Part shown: one piece after another, positions 30,146 to 39,030 of the stretch
Layout of the letters: every line of letters begins with the position of its first letter
Numbering within the stretch: position 1 is the first letter of the stretch
Source: Planctomycetota bacterium
GTDB lineage: Bacteria > Planctomycetota > B15-G4
Length of the DNA: 64,000 bases
Assembly: GCA_965248575.1 (NCBI GenBank)
Contig: CBDFJQ010000002.1
Location: forward strand, 2,880,001-2,944,000
Reading direction: 5' to 3'
The notes under the pieces: generated by a model
Databases searched by the model: none
Seen by the model: only the letters and a program-made list of their open reading frames with translations
What the model was told of the DNA's origin: nothing
Translations under genes and position numbers: made by a program

Positions 30146-30448
30146 ATGGCTCGGACAACATCTCCTTGGCGCTGGCTCGGCGTGCTTTCGTTGATTGGTG
30201 TCGGCTTCGTGGCCGGATGTCTGTTCTCTAGGTCAGACTCTCCCTTTGGACCCAATCTTGGTGAGCCGTTCGAACTCGTGACGAATCTCGATGCAGAGGC
30301 GGCCTTTCTGTTCAAGGGAAAGCCGGCCATCCGCGGCATCATCGAGGCAGGTACTGAGGTGCGTGTTCGGATGCGAAAGGGCGGCGTTGTGTACGCAGAC
30401 ATCAGCACAGTGTTCGAGGAACAGGCTTCTGGCTGCCACTGGAGCTGA
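30146..30448 (+). CDS. Cassette 5 ORF: unknown exported protein
   Basis: Hydrophobic N-terminus with a lipobox-like VAGC; lies between attC-like sites. Confidence 0.5.
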   Translation: MARTTSPWRWLGVLSLIGVGFVAGCLFSRSDSPFGPNLGEPFELVTNLDAEAAFLFKGKPAIRGIIEAGTEVRVRMRKGGVVYADISTVFEEQASGCHWS

Positions 30449-30462
30449 AGAGCGATGAGATG

Positions 30463-30532
30463 CTGTCAATAAACCCTAGCAGCCGGACCGGGCTGCGTCC
30501 TGCCGCTGAACGTGGGGGCGGGATCGCTAAGC
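30463..30532 (+). other. Highly degenerate attC
   Basis: CTGTCAAT (cf. cassette start GCTAGACAG)...GCAGCCGGAC...GCCGCTGAAC...GCTAAGC. Confidence 0.4.
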
Positions 30533-30598
30533 AAGAGAGCGCACGTCCCATCAATCGCGCAGGTTGCCCGGTTGCCTAGCTAACCTGCGCCACCCCGC

Positions 30599-31051
30599 TC
30601 ACTCCCCCGGCCGCGCACCCTTCGGGTGCCACGTCATCACCACATGTGGCCCGATCCCCGGCAGCTCGAACTCCTCACCCTCGGCCTGAAACCCGTGCTG
30701 GGCGTAGTAGTCGGCCACCCCCGTCCGCACGTTGGCCCAAAGCCCCCCGCCGCGCTTGGTGACGATGGCCTGGATGGTCTTCAGCAGGGTGCTGCCGTGG
30801 CCCTGGCGCTGGTGATCAGGGAGCACAGCCATCCCGCGAATGCGCCACATCTCGCTCCCAATGTCCCCTCGGGGGTCATGGAGCATGGAGATGACCCCGA
30901 GGGTCTTCTTGCGCTGACGCACGCCGTAATGGGTGCTGCGCTCGTCCGCATCCTGGGGATAGACGGACTCTTCGGGCGGGAGCCCCGGCCGCAGGACCTC
31001 TTGGCGCAGGGGGAGACAGTCCTTCGCTTCCAGCAGCACGAGTTCAGTCAT
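30599..31051 (-). CDS. GNAT N-acetyltransferase
   Basis: LRQEVLRP, RGMAVLPDHQRQGHGSTLL, GIGPH. Confidence 0.9.
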   Translation of the reverse strand: MTELVLLEAKDCLPLRQEVLRPGLPPEESVYPQDADERSTHYGVRQRKKTLGVISMLHDPRGDIGSEMWRIRGMAVLPDHQRQGHGSTLLKTIQAIVTKRGGGLWANVRTGVADYYAQHGFQAEGEEFELPGIGPHVVMTWHPKGARPGE

Positions 31052-31161
31052 GGGCGGGAGTGTAGCCTGCGACGCCCGGCGTTCACCCCTTCTCCCAGCC
31101 CGCCTCGTCCCCGCCCCGTCTTCCGACCGCCCCGCCCTCGCCCCTCCACCGAGCCACTCCC

Positions 31162-32151
31162 CTGCCCACGCCCCGCATCGACGTCCTGCTCCCGGTGCGC
31201 AACGCCCGGACCACCCTGCCCTGGGCCCTAGGGGATGTCCTCGCCCAGGAGGCCGTGGACGTGCGGGTGCTGGCGGTGGTGGACACCCTGGCCGACGGCC
31301 AGGACGACGGCAGCCGGGCCTGGCTTCGCGCCACCGCTCGCAGCGAGCCCCGGTTGAACGTGATCGACGGGCCCGGCGAAGGTGCCGCAGCCGCCCTGCA
31401 CCTGGCCCTGGCCCAGGCCGACGCGCCGCTGGTCTCCCACATGGAGGCCGACGACCGCTGCCCCCCCGACCGCCTGGCGCGCCTCGCCGCAGCCCTGACG
31501 CCCGAGCTGGACTGCATCACCAGCCGCGCGGGCCAGTTCGGCGCCCGCACCCCCGGCATGCGCCGCTACCTCGACTGGCAGAACAGCCTGCTCAGCGGCG
31601 AGGCCATGGCGCGAGAGCGCTTCGTGGAGATCCCCGCCCTGCACCAGACCGGCCTCTACCGCCGCGAAGCCCTGGACGCCGTGGGCGGCTACGCGACCCA
31701 CGGCCCCTGGCCCCTCGACATCGAGTTCTGGCTGCGCTGGTTCGAAGCCAACCGCCCCGTCGCCAAGCTCCCCCGAGTCCTCTACCGCTGGCGCCAACAC
31801 CCCCAACAATCCACCCGCAGCAGCGGAGCCCACGACCTGGACAGCCTCCGCGCCGCCAAACTCTGGGCCCTCGAACGCTGGCTGGGCGCGGAAGGCAGCT
31901 CCGGCTCCGCGCCCTCCCCTGCTTCCGTGCACCTGGTCTCCACCGGCCGCACCCTCAAAGCCTGGGCCAACGCCCTCGACGCCAGCACCATCAACTGCGT
32001 CGCGCAGGACTCCTGGAAACCAGGCCAGCCGCTCCCGCAACTCGCGAACGGCGCCCGCTTCCTCGCCGTCTACGGCACAGCTTCCGTCCGCCAACGTTTC
32101 GCCATCCAACTCAACCCAAGACAACGAGCCCAACTCATCGTCGCCGCCTAA
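31162..32151 (+). CDS. Glycosyltransferase family 2 (start uncertain)
   Basis: PRIDVLLPVRNA, HMEADD, LYRWRQHPQQ. The only start candidate upstream of the first motif is CTG at 31162. Confidence 0.8.
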   Translation: MPTPRIDVLLPVRNARTTLPWALGDVLAQEAVDVRVLAVVDTLADGQDDGSRAWLRATARSEPRLNVIDGPGEGAAAALHLALAQADAPLVSHMEADDRCPPDRLARLAAALTPELDCITSRAGQFGARTPGMRRYLDWQNSLLSGEAMARERFVEIPALHQTGLYRREALDAVGGYATHGPWPLDIEFWLRWFEANRPVAKLPRVLYRWRQHPQQSTRSSGAHDLDSLRAAKLWALERWLGAEGSSGSAPSPASVHLVSTGRTLKAWANALDASTINCVAQDSWKPGQPLPQLANGARFLAVYGTASVRQRFAIQLNPRQRAQLIVAA

Positions 32152-32212
32152 TGGGCTAGTGCTTCAACGGCAAGCCAAGTTGCGGCCCCTCTGCTTGAGT
32201 CAACTGTTAGAC
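32146..32212 (-). other. Degenerate attC-like site, minus orientation
   Basis: Minus strand GTCTAACAGTTGACTCAAGCAGA...ATTAGGC, just downstream of the lower-GC minus ORF ending at 32228. Confidence 0.4.
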
Positions 32213-32735
32213 CGAAGGGATGCGGATTCACTTTGCCACCCACACTGCGGCTAACCCCACTAGGGCTAGAAGTACGATGAACCAGGTCGGTCGGCTCGTG
32301 AACTGCCACTCGATCATGAGCGACCCCCTTTCAAGCGAATCGCGCTTCTGTTGGTCTACGCCAACGCCTGGGATCGGGGCCAGTGGTCGATCATCACAGT
32401 GACCGGCGTGCGCCTCGCGCGAGTCCTGGTTCTGCCTTATCACCTTGGCCTCCAGATGCTGAGGGTTCTTCCATCTAAAATGGACCGGGAACTTGCCGGC
32501 GCCGCGCCCTCTAGTCACCGAGTGCACAGCGGTCACGCAGTTGTCCTCCTTTTCTCGAATTTATTTCCGGCTGATCGGGATCCAGACGCACCCAGTGGGG
32601 TGTGCGCGCACTAGCGCTCCCAAGACAGGCCCCTGCAGTTCGCCGCCTAGGGCCCTGTACCCCACGCCCAGCTCGTCACGAGAGGGACCTGTGCCCCACG
32701 CCACCCTCGTCGCACCCCGATCCACCGAGGAGGGG

Positions 32736-32828
32736 GCCTCTGTTTTTTGGCACTTCAGGTCTGAGGCGAGTTTTCGAGGCGAAGCCTCGTTGTCTGAGCA
32801 GCAGACCTGACGTGCAAAAAACAGAGGC
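32736..32828. repeat. Long imperfect palindrome (REP/REPIN- or MITE-like)
   Basis: Arms GCCTCTGTTTTTTGGCACTTCAGGTCTG / CAGACCTGACGTGCAAAAAACAGAGGC; inner hairpin CGAGGC-GAA-GCCTCG. Confidence 0.7.
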
Positions 32829-32846
32829 GCCCGGCCCGACGCCGAA

Positions 32847-34031
32847 TCAGTCCACGACGAAGCTGGCAGCGATACCCATGCCGCCGCTCACGCAGAGTGT
32901 CGCCAACCCGCGCTTGGCCTTGGTGCGCTTCATCTCGTGCAAAAGCGTGACCACGATCCGCGCCCCCGTAGCCCCAATGGGATGCCCCAGAGCAATGGAC
33001 CCGCCGTTGACGTTCAGCTTCGACGAGTCCAACGCCAGCTCGCGATCGCACGCGATGACCTGGGCAGCGAAGGCCTCGTTCAGCTCCACGAGATCGAAGT
33101 CACCCAGCGCCAGCCCGGTGCGCTCGAGCAACGTCTTCACAGCGGGAACCGGGCCGATGCCCATGATCTTCGGGTCGACACCCGCCATGGCATGCCCTTC
33201 GAGCCGCGCGAGAACGTTCAGCCCCAGTCGCTTGGCGGCACTCTCCGAAGCCACCACCAACATGGCAGCGCCGTCGGTGATCCCCGAGCTGTTTCCCGCG
33301 TGCACCGTGCCGTCCTTGCGGAACACCGGCTTCAACTTCGCCATGCCTTCCAGCGTGGCGCCGGGCCGCGGATGTTCGTCCGTGTCGACCACCGTGTCGC
33401 CCCGACGGGACTTCACCGTGACAGGAGCGATCTCCGCCTGAAAGCGCCCCTCGGCCTGGGCCACTTCGGCCTTGCGCTGGGACTCCACGGCAAAGGTGTC
33501 CTGCTCCTCGCGTCCGATCTCGTAGTTGTCCGCCAGGGTCTCGGCGGTGGACCCCATGGGCCCGTCCACCAGCGGACAGTGGAAGCCGTCCTGGTAGTTG
33601 CCGTCCAGCAGCGGGGCGTCACCAAGGCGGTAGCCCTTGCGCATGCCGGTCAGCATGAAGGGGTTGCGACTCATGGTCTCGACGCCGCCGGCCAGCACCA
33701 CGTCGGCGTTGCCGGCCTGGATCTCCTGGGCCGCCAGGGTGAGCGTGCGCAGCCCGGACGCACAGGCCTGGTTGACCGTCATGGCCACGGCGCTCTGAGG
33801 CATGCCCCCCTTGATGGTGATCTGCCGCGCGATGTTGGGGCCCTCGCCAGCCTGCCGGGCCATGCCCACGTACACCTGGCTCACGGCGTCCTTGGGACAG
33901 CCGGCCCGCTCCAGGGCTGCGTCGGCCGCCGTGACCGCCAGCTCCACCGCGCTGACCGAGGAGAGGCCCCCGAGGAACTTGCCGATGGGCGTGCGTGCTG
34001 CGCCGCAGATGAGGATCGCTTCGGCCGTCAT
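32847..34031 (-). CDS. Acetyl-CoA C-acetyltransferase (second thiolase)
   Basis: [26 protein letters not shown]. Confidence 0.95.
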   Translation of the reverse strand: MTAEAILICGAARTPIGKFLGGLSSVSAVELAVTAADAALERAGCPKDAVSQVYVGMARQAGEGPNIARQITIKGGMPQSAVAMTVNQACASGLRTLTLAAQEIQAGNADVVLAGGVETMSRNPFMLTGMRKGYRLGDAPLLDGNYQDGFHCPLVDGPMGSTAETLADNYEIGREEQDTFAVESQRKAEVAQAEGRFQAEIAPVTVKSRRGDTVVDTDEHPRPGATLEGMAKLKPVFRKDGTVHAGNSSGITDGAAMLVVASESAAKRLGLNVLARLEGHAMAGVDPKIMGIGPVPAVKTLLERTGLALGDFDLVELNEAFAAQVIACDRELALDSSKLNVNGGSIALGHPIGATGARIVVTLLHEMKRTKAKRGLATLCVSGGMGIAASFVVD

Positions 34032-34278
34032 GGCGTCCCGCTCCAAATGAAGGTGGTGTTGCGTGCGGTGTTGAGTGCCGGGGCCACCCCGGTCGAGCCG
34101 CGCAGCGTAACGATTCATGCAGGTGTGAGTCAGCCGGGCACGCCCGGAACGCAGACCGGCCGACCCCCGCAAGCAGGGGCCGGCCGGCTGTGAATCGGTG
34201 GAGGAGGCGTGAGCGTGTTCGCCGAGACCGCGCCGTTCAGCGCGCCCCTCTCAAGGGGCTCCTCTCAAAGGGCTGGTC

Positions 34279-35028
34279 TCAGCCCTTGCGGCCTTCGCCG
34301 TGGCCGTGGCCGTCGTCGTCGTGGCCACCCTTGCCGTCGTCATGTCCGCGGCCTTCGCCGTGCTCGGCACCGTGCTCCTTGCCGTGCTTCTCGCCGCGGC
34401 CGTGGCCCTTGCTGGCGGCGGCCAGCTTCTTGAGAGCCGCCTTCGGGTCCTTGGCCAGGTCACGCTTGCAGCCGCCACAGCAGACGCGCACGAGGGTGTT
34501 GCCCACCAGCACGTCCTTGGTGTCTTCGCCCAGGGGCTCGCCGCTCACCAGGCACTCCTTGAGGGCGTAGTGCGGGCGCTGCTGCTCGATGTAGGCGGCG
34601 TCCAAGCGCTTCATGTACTCCGCAGGCTTCGCGACGATCGGCTCCAGGCAACGCTCGCAGCACGCGCGCACGAGGCGCGAACCGACCACAGCCTGGGCAG
34701 CCTTGTCGTCGAGCTTCTTGGACGGCTGCTTGAGGCAGGTCTTGAGCGGGTAGTGCGCAGCCTGCTGTTCGATGGCGGCGCGCTGCACCCTCTTCACGAA
34801 CTCGGCGGGCTTGGCCTTCACCTTGCGTGCACAGTCCTTGCAGCAGGTGCGCAGGAGCTGACCGTCCACCACGAAGCTGATGGCGTCGGCCGGCAGCGGC
34901 TCGCCGGTGATCAGGCAAACGTCCATGGGGTAGTTGGCGAGTTGGGCTTGGGCCATGTCCTCTTCCGCCGGGGTCGACGGGAACAGGAACAGGGTGGAAG
35001 CCAGGGCAAGGCTGATGAGGTGGATCAC
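34279..35028 (-). CDS. Exported protein with three YHS/TRASH-like metal-binding repeats and a His/Gly-rich tail
   Basis: Three YPxxxC...CCxxC repeats; tail GEKHGKEHGAEHGEGRGHDD. Confidence 0.75.
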   Translation of the reverse strand: MIHLISLALASTLFLFPSTPAEEDMAQAQLANYPMDVCLITGEPLPADAISFVVDGQLLRTCCKDCARKVKAKPAEFVKRVQRAAIEQQAAHYPLKTCLKQPSKKLDDKAAQAVVGSRLVRACCERCLEPIVAKPAEYMKRLDAAYIEQQRPHYALKECLVSGEPLGEDTKDVLVGNTLVRVCCGGCKRDLAKDPKAALKKLAAASKGHGRGEKHGKEHGAEHGEGRGHDDGKGGHDDDGHGHGEGRKG

Positions 35029-35267
35029 GGGTGGATCTCCTGAGAAGGACGGTGAAGTGAGCGGAAGGGGCGCGCGCCAGAAGAGCGCAGCCAAGAAAAG
35101 GCGGGGTAGGCCCATGTCTCGCATGGGTGGCTGTTATTCCCTCGAATCCCCCCACGGAGAGGGGAAACAGGCAGCGGCGATGGGCGAGATCGCCGGACAA
35201 CGCAGGCAGCCCCCGAAAGCGTCGTGAGACGCAAGGCGGGGGCTGCCGTGTTCACTGTCGCGAACGA

Positions 35268-35516
35268 CTACTTGTTGAACTTGTCCAGCGCGGCCTGCTT
35301 GGCGGTGTCATCCATCTCCTCGAAGGTGCCGACACACTTGCCACAGCAGAAACCGACCGTGGAATCGTTCCACTCGGTGGATCCGCCGTCAGCTTCGACT
35401 TCGCCGCCCATGATCGGGCAGTGGGTGTTCACGACTTCGGCGGACTCGGCCTTGGAGGCGCAGCCGATGGAGGCGAGCAAAGCGAAGGCCAGCAGGATGT
35501 TGGTAAGACGGGTCAT
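35268..35516 (-). CDS. Small YHS-like lipoprotein
   Basis: Lipobox SIGC; NTHCPIMG...VGFCCGKC. Confidence 0.75.
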   Translation of the reverse strand: MTRLTNILLAFALLASIGCASKAESAEVVNTHCPIMGGEVEADGGSTEWNDSTVGFCCGKCVGTFEEMDDTAKQAALDKFNK

Positions 35517-35800
35517 GACAAGTACTCCTAGGAATGAAATGCGCTTGGGTTCGAGCGTGGTGCAAAGGACTGAGCCCGCCTCTTCCCCAATGGAGCGCTC
35601 GCGATCCACTTGAGGGCGCCGGGCACTGCGACCACGTTGTGTTGGTGGCGTCTGGGAAGCCACACGTCAAGCGCCCGACTATAGCACTGGCTCCCCTCCA
35701 AAGAGCGCCATCCCGATGGCATTCTCGACGGGGAGAATGACTTCCGGCCCCTGCTGATAGAGTGGCCCGGCCCCACCCCAGCCCCCTCTGGAGATGCGCT

Positions 35801-36967
35801 GTGAAGTGTGCCGTCGTCACGACAACGAGCCCCGATATGGCCAGTGCCCTGGACGGACTCATGGACCGCCTGCTGGACCAATTGGGCGGCTCCCAACCCG
35901 ATCTGCTGACGGTCTATTTCACCCCGCACCACCTTCAAGACGCCGAACTCATCCAGCAGCGCCTCCTGGAGAAACTGGACCCCCAGGTCCTCTTGGGCGG
36001 CCCAGCGCTCGGAATCATCGGGGAGGCGGCCGAAATCGAAGAGGGCGCAGGCCTCGCCCTCTGGGGAGCCTCCTGGCCTGGCGCCGAACTCCACAGCTTC
36101 CACCTTTCCATGGGTGACACCGATGTGCCTGAGGTGGGTGGTTGGCCTGACGCGCTGCCCGAGGGCGCAGGAATCATGGTCCTGGCCGACCCCTACACCA
36201 CCCCGCCCGATGACCTGCTCATGGGCTTTCACGAGCGCTTCCCGCTCAGCCCCGTGGTGGGCGGCATGACGAGCGGGAGCAGCGGCCCGGGCGATGCGAA
36301 GCTGCTCTCCCTACAAGGCGTGCACGACGAAGGCGCGCTCGTGGTCGCCATCAGTGGGTCCGTGAGCATGGACACCGTCGTGAGCCAAGGCTGTCGCCCG
36401 GTGGGCTCGCACTATGTGGTCACCAAGGCCGACCGCAACGCCATCGTGTCGCTCGGGGGCAAGCCTGCCCTGGACGTGCTGCAACAAGTGGCCTCAGAGG
36501 TCACGCCGGAGGACCAGGACCTCATGCGCAACTCGCTGCACGTGGGGCGCGTGGTGGACGAACGCAAGTCCAAGTTCGAGCCGGGCGATTTCCTGGTGCG
36601 CAACGTCTTGGGGGTCGACCCCCAGAGCAAGGCCCTGCTCATCGGCGACTACCTGCGCCCCGGACAGACCATCCAGTTCATGGTCCGGGACGCCGAGGCC
36701 GCCAGCCAGGAGCTGGACTCCCTCATGCAGGCATCGGCGTCCGAGGGCGACGCGCTCGGCGCGATGTTGTTCTCGTGCAACGGTCGCGGCAGCAATCTGT
36801 TCGGCAAGCCCAACCACGACCTGGGCCGGATCCACGCCGCCTTCGAGAACCTGCCGACAGCCGGCTTCTTCGCCGCCGGGGAGGTGGGACCGGTTGGCGG
36901 CCAACCCTTCCTGCACGGCCTCACCGCGAGCATCGCGCTCTTCCGAGACCATTCAACGGGAGCGTGA
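35801..36967 (+). CDS. FIST-domain protein
   Basis: VSQGCRPVG, FMVRDA, FSCNGRG, GFFAAGEVGPV. Confidence 0.9.
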   Translation: MKCAVVTTTSPDMASALDGLMDRLLDQLGGSQPDLLTVYFTPHHLQDAELIQQRLLEKLDPQVLLGGPALGIIGEAAEIEEGAGLALWGASWPGAELHSFHLSMGDTDVPEVGGWPDALPEGAGIMVLADPYTTPPDDLLMGFHERFPLSPVVGGMTSGSSGPGDAKLLSLQGVHDEGALVVAISGSVSMDTVVSQGCRPVGSHYVVTKADRNAIVSLGGKPALDVLQQVASEVTPEDQDLMRNSLHVGRVVDERKSKFEPGDFLVRNVLGVDPQSKALLIGDYLRPGQTIQFMVRDAEAASQELDSLMQASASEGDALGAMLFSCNGRGSNLFGKPNHDLGRIHAAFENLPTAGFFAAGEVGPVGGQPFLHGLTASIALFRDHSTGA

Positions 36968-36985
36968 CCGTCGAGCTGCTGGCCA

Positions 36986-38584
36986 CTAGGACGCGGCCCG
37001 AGGCTTGGTCGCGAGGCTCACGCAGACCAACGTCAGGGTGGCGGCGGCAATGGCCGGCACGACCGCGTCCACCCCGGCGAGCTCCGGCTCGTTGAAGGCC
37101 GAGGCCAGCGATTCGTTCAGCCCGTTCAGCTTCCAGATGATGGCCGTCGCGGGCCCCACCGCCATGGACGTCAAGGCTCCCGCTGGCGTGACCCGTGACC
37201 AGAAGAGCGCTGCCACGAGTGCGGGGGTGATGCCTACGCCGTAGATGGTGTAGGCGAACAGGGAGACCTTGAAGAAGTCCTTGGACTGCAGGGCCATCAG
37301 GAAGGCGACGGCCGTGAGCACGAGCACCACGCCGCGCGCGGCGCGCAGGAGGGCCAACTCGCCGGCGTCCCGCTTCAAGAAGCGCTGGTACACATCCCGC
37401 ACGAGCGAGGCCGACGAGCTCAGCAGGTAGCTGTCCGCCGTGGAGATGATGACCGCCAGGATGCTCGCCACCAGCAGGGCCCCCAAAAGCGGCGGCAGGA
37501 TGCCCGGCTCGAGGGCGAGCCGCAGGATCACGTGCCCCGGTGTGTCCAACTCGGGGAACACCACGCGCCCAGCGATGGCCGTGAGCAGGATCACCCCGTC
37601 GATGATCAGGACGGCCGGGATGAACAGCAGGATGGCTCGCCGCACCGACTTCATGGAACCGGCGGAGAGGAAGCGCTGGTGCAGGTTGGCGTCGCCCATC
37701 ACCAGCAAGAAGGAGGGCAGCAACAGGGACATCAGGTGGATCCACGAGTAGTGGCCAAACACCTGCTGGCCCGAGGCGGGCAAGCTCGCCAGGACCTGCT
37801 CCGTGAGCGGCGCGGCAGAGACCACATCGCCCGCAGCCAGGGCAGCCTGATCGAGGGCACGGCCCGCCGCCACCCACGCCAGGGGCAAGGCGATGCCCAC
37901 CCCCAGCAACATCAGCGCGCCATTCAGGGTGTCCGTGACGGCCACGCTCATGAGCCCTGCGAGGGCCGTGTAGACGGCGATCAGCAGGGCCAGCAGCAAC
38001 AGCCCCGCCGTGTTGCCGCCGTGCTCCACGGGCAGCCCGACGTTCAGGAGCACCTGATCGAGCCACGCCCCGGCGCTGGCGAAGGCCTCCGCCACGCGCC
38101 CGGCCAGCAACGGCCCATCGGCTGCGGCTGCCTGGCCCTCGCGCACGAGCCCACCTAGCACCCCGTCGAGGACGGCATTCGCGGCGCGCAACTGATACGA
38201 GACGATGACCAGGTAGGCGGCCACGAGCGTCAGTGTGCCCAACACCCGGGCGGCCGGCCCATAGCGCTCTTCCAGCACGTCCTGCAGCGTCACCCGGTCG
38301 GCGCGACGCACCCGGGGCGCCATCATCAGCAGGCCGAAGATGCCCAGCACGGCTGCAATGGGCAGCAGCAAGCTGGGCAGGCCCACGCGCCAGGCTTCCT
38401 CGGCATTGCCGAAGATGGACCCGGTTCCGGTCCAGGTCGCCACCAGCGTCCCCACCAGGACCACGGGCCCCAGGCGTCGCCCGGCCAGGAGGAAGTCGGT
38501 CGACCCGTGCACCTTGCGCGACGTCCGCCAACCCACCCCGATCAGGCAGGCCACATAGAGGAAGACGACAACGAGGGCGATCAC
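36986..38584 (-). CDS. Sodium:solute symporter
   Basis: DFLLAGRRLG, ATWTG, QRFLSA, AVIISTADS; multiple TM helices. Confidence 0.9.
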   Translation of the reverse strand: MIALVVVFLYVACLIGVGWRTSRKVHGSTDFLLAGRRLGPVVLVGTLVATWTGTGSIFGNAEEAWRVGLPSLLLPIAAVLGIFGLLMMAPRVRRADRVTLQDVLEERYGPAARVLGTLTLVAAYLVIVSYQLRAANAVLDGVLGGLVREGQAAAADGPLLAGRVAEAFASAGAWLDQVLLNVGLPVEHGGNTAGLLLLALLIAVYTALAGLMSVAVTDTLNGALMLLGVGIALPLAWVAAGRALDQAALAAGDVVSAAPLTEQVLASLPASGQQVFGHYSWIHLMSLLLPSFLLVMGDANLHQRFLSAGSMKSVRRAILLFIPAVLIIDGVILLTAIAGRVVFPELDTPGHVILRLALEPGILPPLLGALLVASILAVIISTADSYLLSSSASLVRDVYQRFLKRDAGELALLRAARGVVLVLTAVAFLMALQSKDFFKVSLFAYTIYGVGITPALVAALFWSRVTPAGALTSMAVGPATAIIWKLNGLNESLASAFNEPELAGVDAVVPAIAAATLTLVCVSLATKPRAAS

Positions 38585-38614
38585 GGGCGCAGTCTATCCC
38601 GCTACACTGCCGGG

Positions 38615-39013
38615 ATGTCTTCCGCTCCCCGTTTCCTCTTGGCCCTGCTGATGGGGGCCGCCGTCTTTCTCGCGGCCTCCAACAGCGACCCGCTCTCCGA
38701 GGAGACGGAGGGCCCCGTCCTCGACGCGATCCGGGTGGAGCGCATCTGGCGCCAGTTTCCCGCCGCGCCGGGTGCCGCCCCCCACCGGGTCCACCGCCGC
38801 TTGACCCTGCACGGCCGGGGCTTCCGGCGGGCCGAAGCGCAGCCCATGGTCAACTTTCGTTTCGATGATGGTCGCAACGTGCCCTCTCCATGGGTGGAAT
38901 GGGAGAACGACCGCCGCGTCGTCGCCTGGGTCCCAGAGATCTGCCGAGGAACGGCGCGCGTGGAATTGCGCAACCCCGATGGATTGCGCACAGGACTCAT
39001 CGTCGACCTCTGA
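38615..39013 (+). CDS. Small exported protein, possibly IPT/TIG-like
   Basis: Signal-like N-terminus; LTLHGRGF...VELRNPDG. Confidence 0.5.
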   Translation: MSSAPRFLLALLMGAAVFLAASNSDPLSEETEGPVLDAIRVERIWRQFPAAPGAAPHRVHRRLTLHGRGFRRAEAQPMVNFRFDDGRNVPSPWVEWENDRRVVAWVPEICRGTARVELRNPDGLRTGLIVDL

Positions 39014-39030
39014 AGGCAGCCCCATCAGCC

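Larger units (their letters stand above)
25921..30532 (+). mobile_element. Integron gene-cassette array with no integrase in the window (CALIN-like), about 5 cassettes
   Basis: Co-oriented lower-GC ORFs separated by attC-like palindromes. Cassette ends are mutually complementary (GTTAGAGAG/CTCTCTAAC; GTTATGCGGC/GCCGCATAAC). Confidence 0.8.

Noticed and set aside
26671..30532. Recurrent palindromes considered as a CRISPR array
   Set aside because: They are non-identical and separated by whole genes; they fit attC sites, and no cas genes are present.
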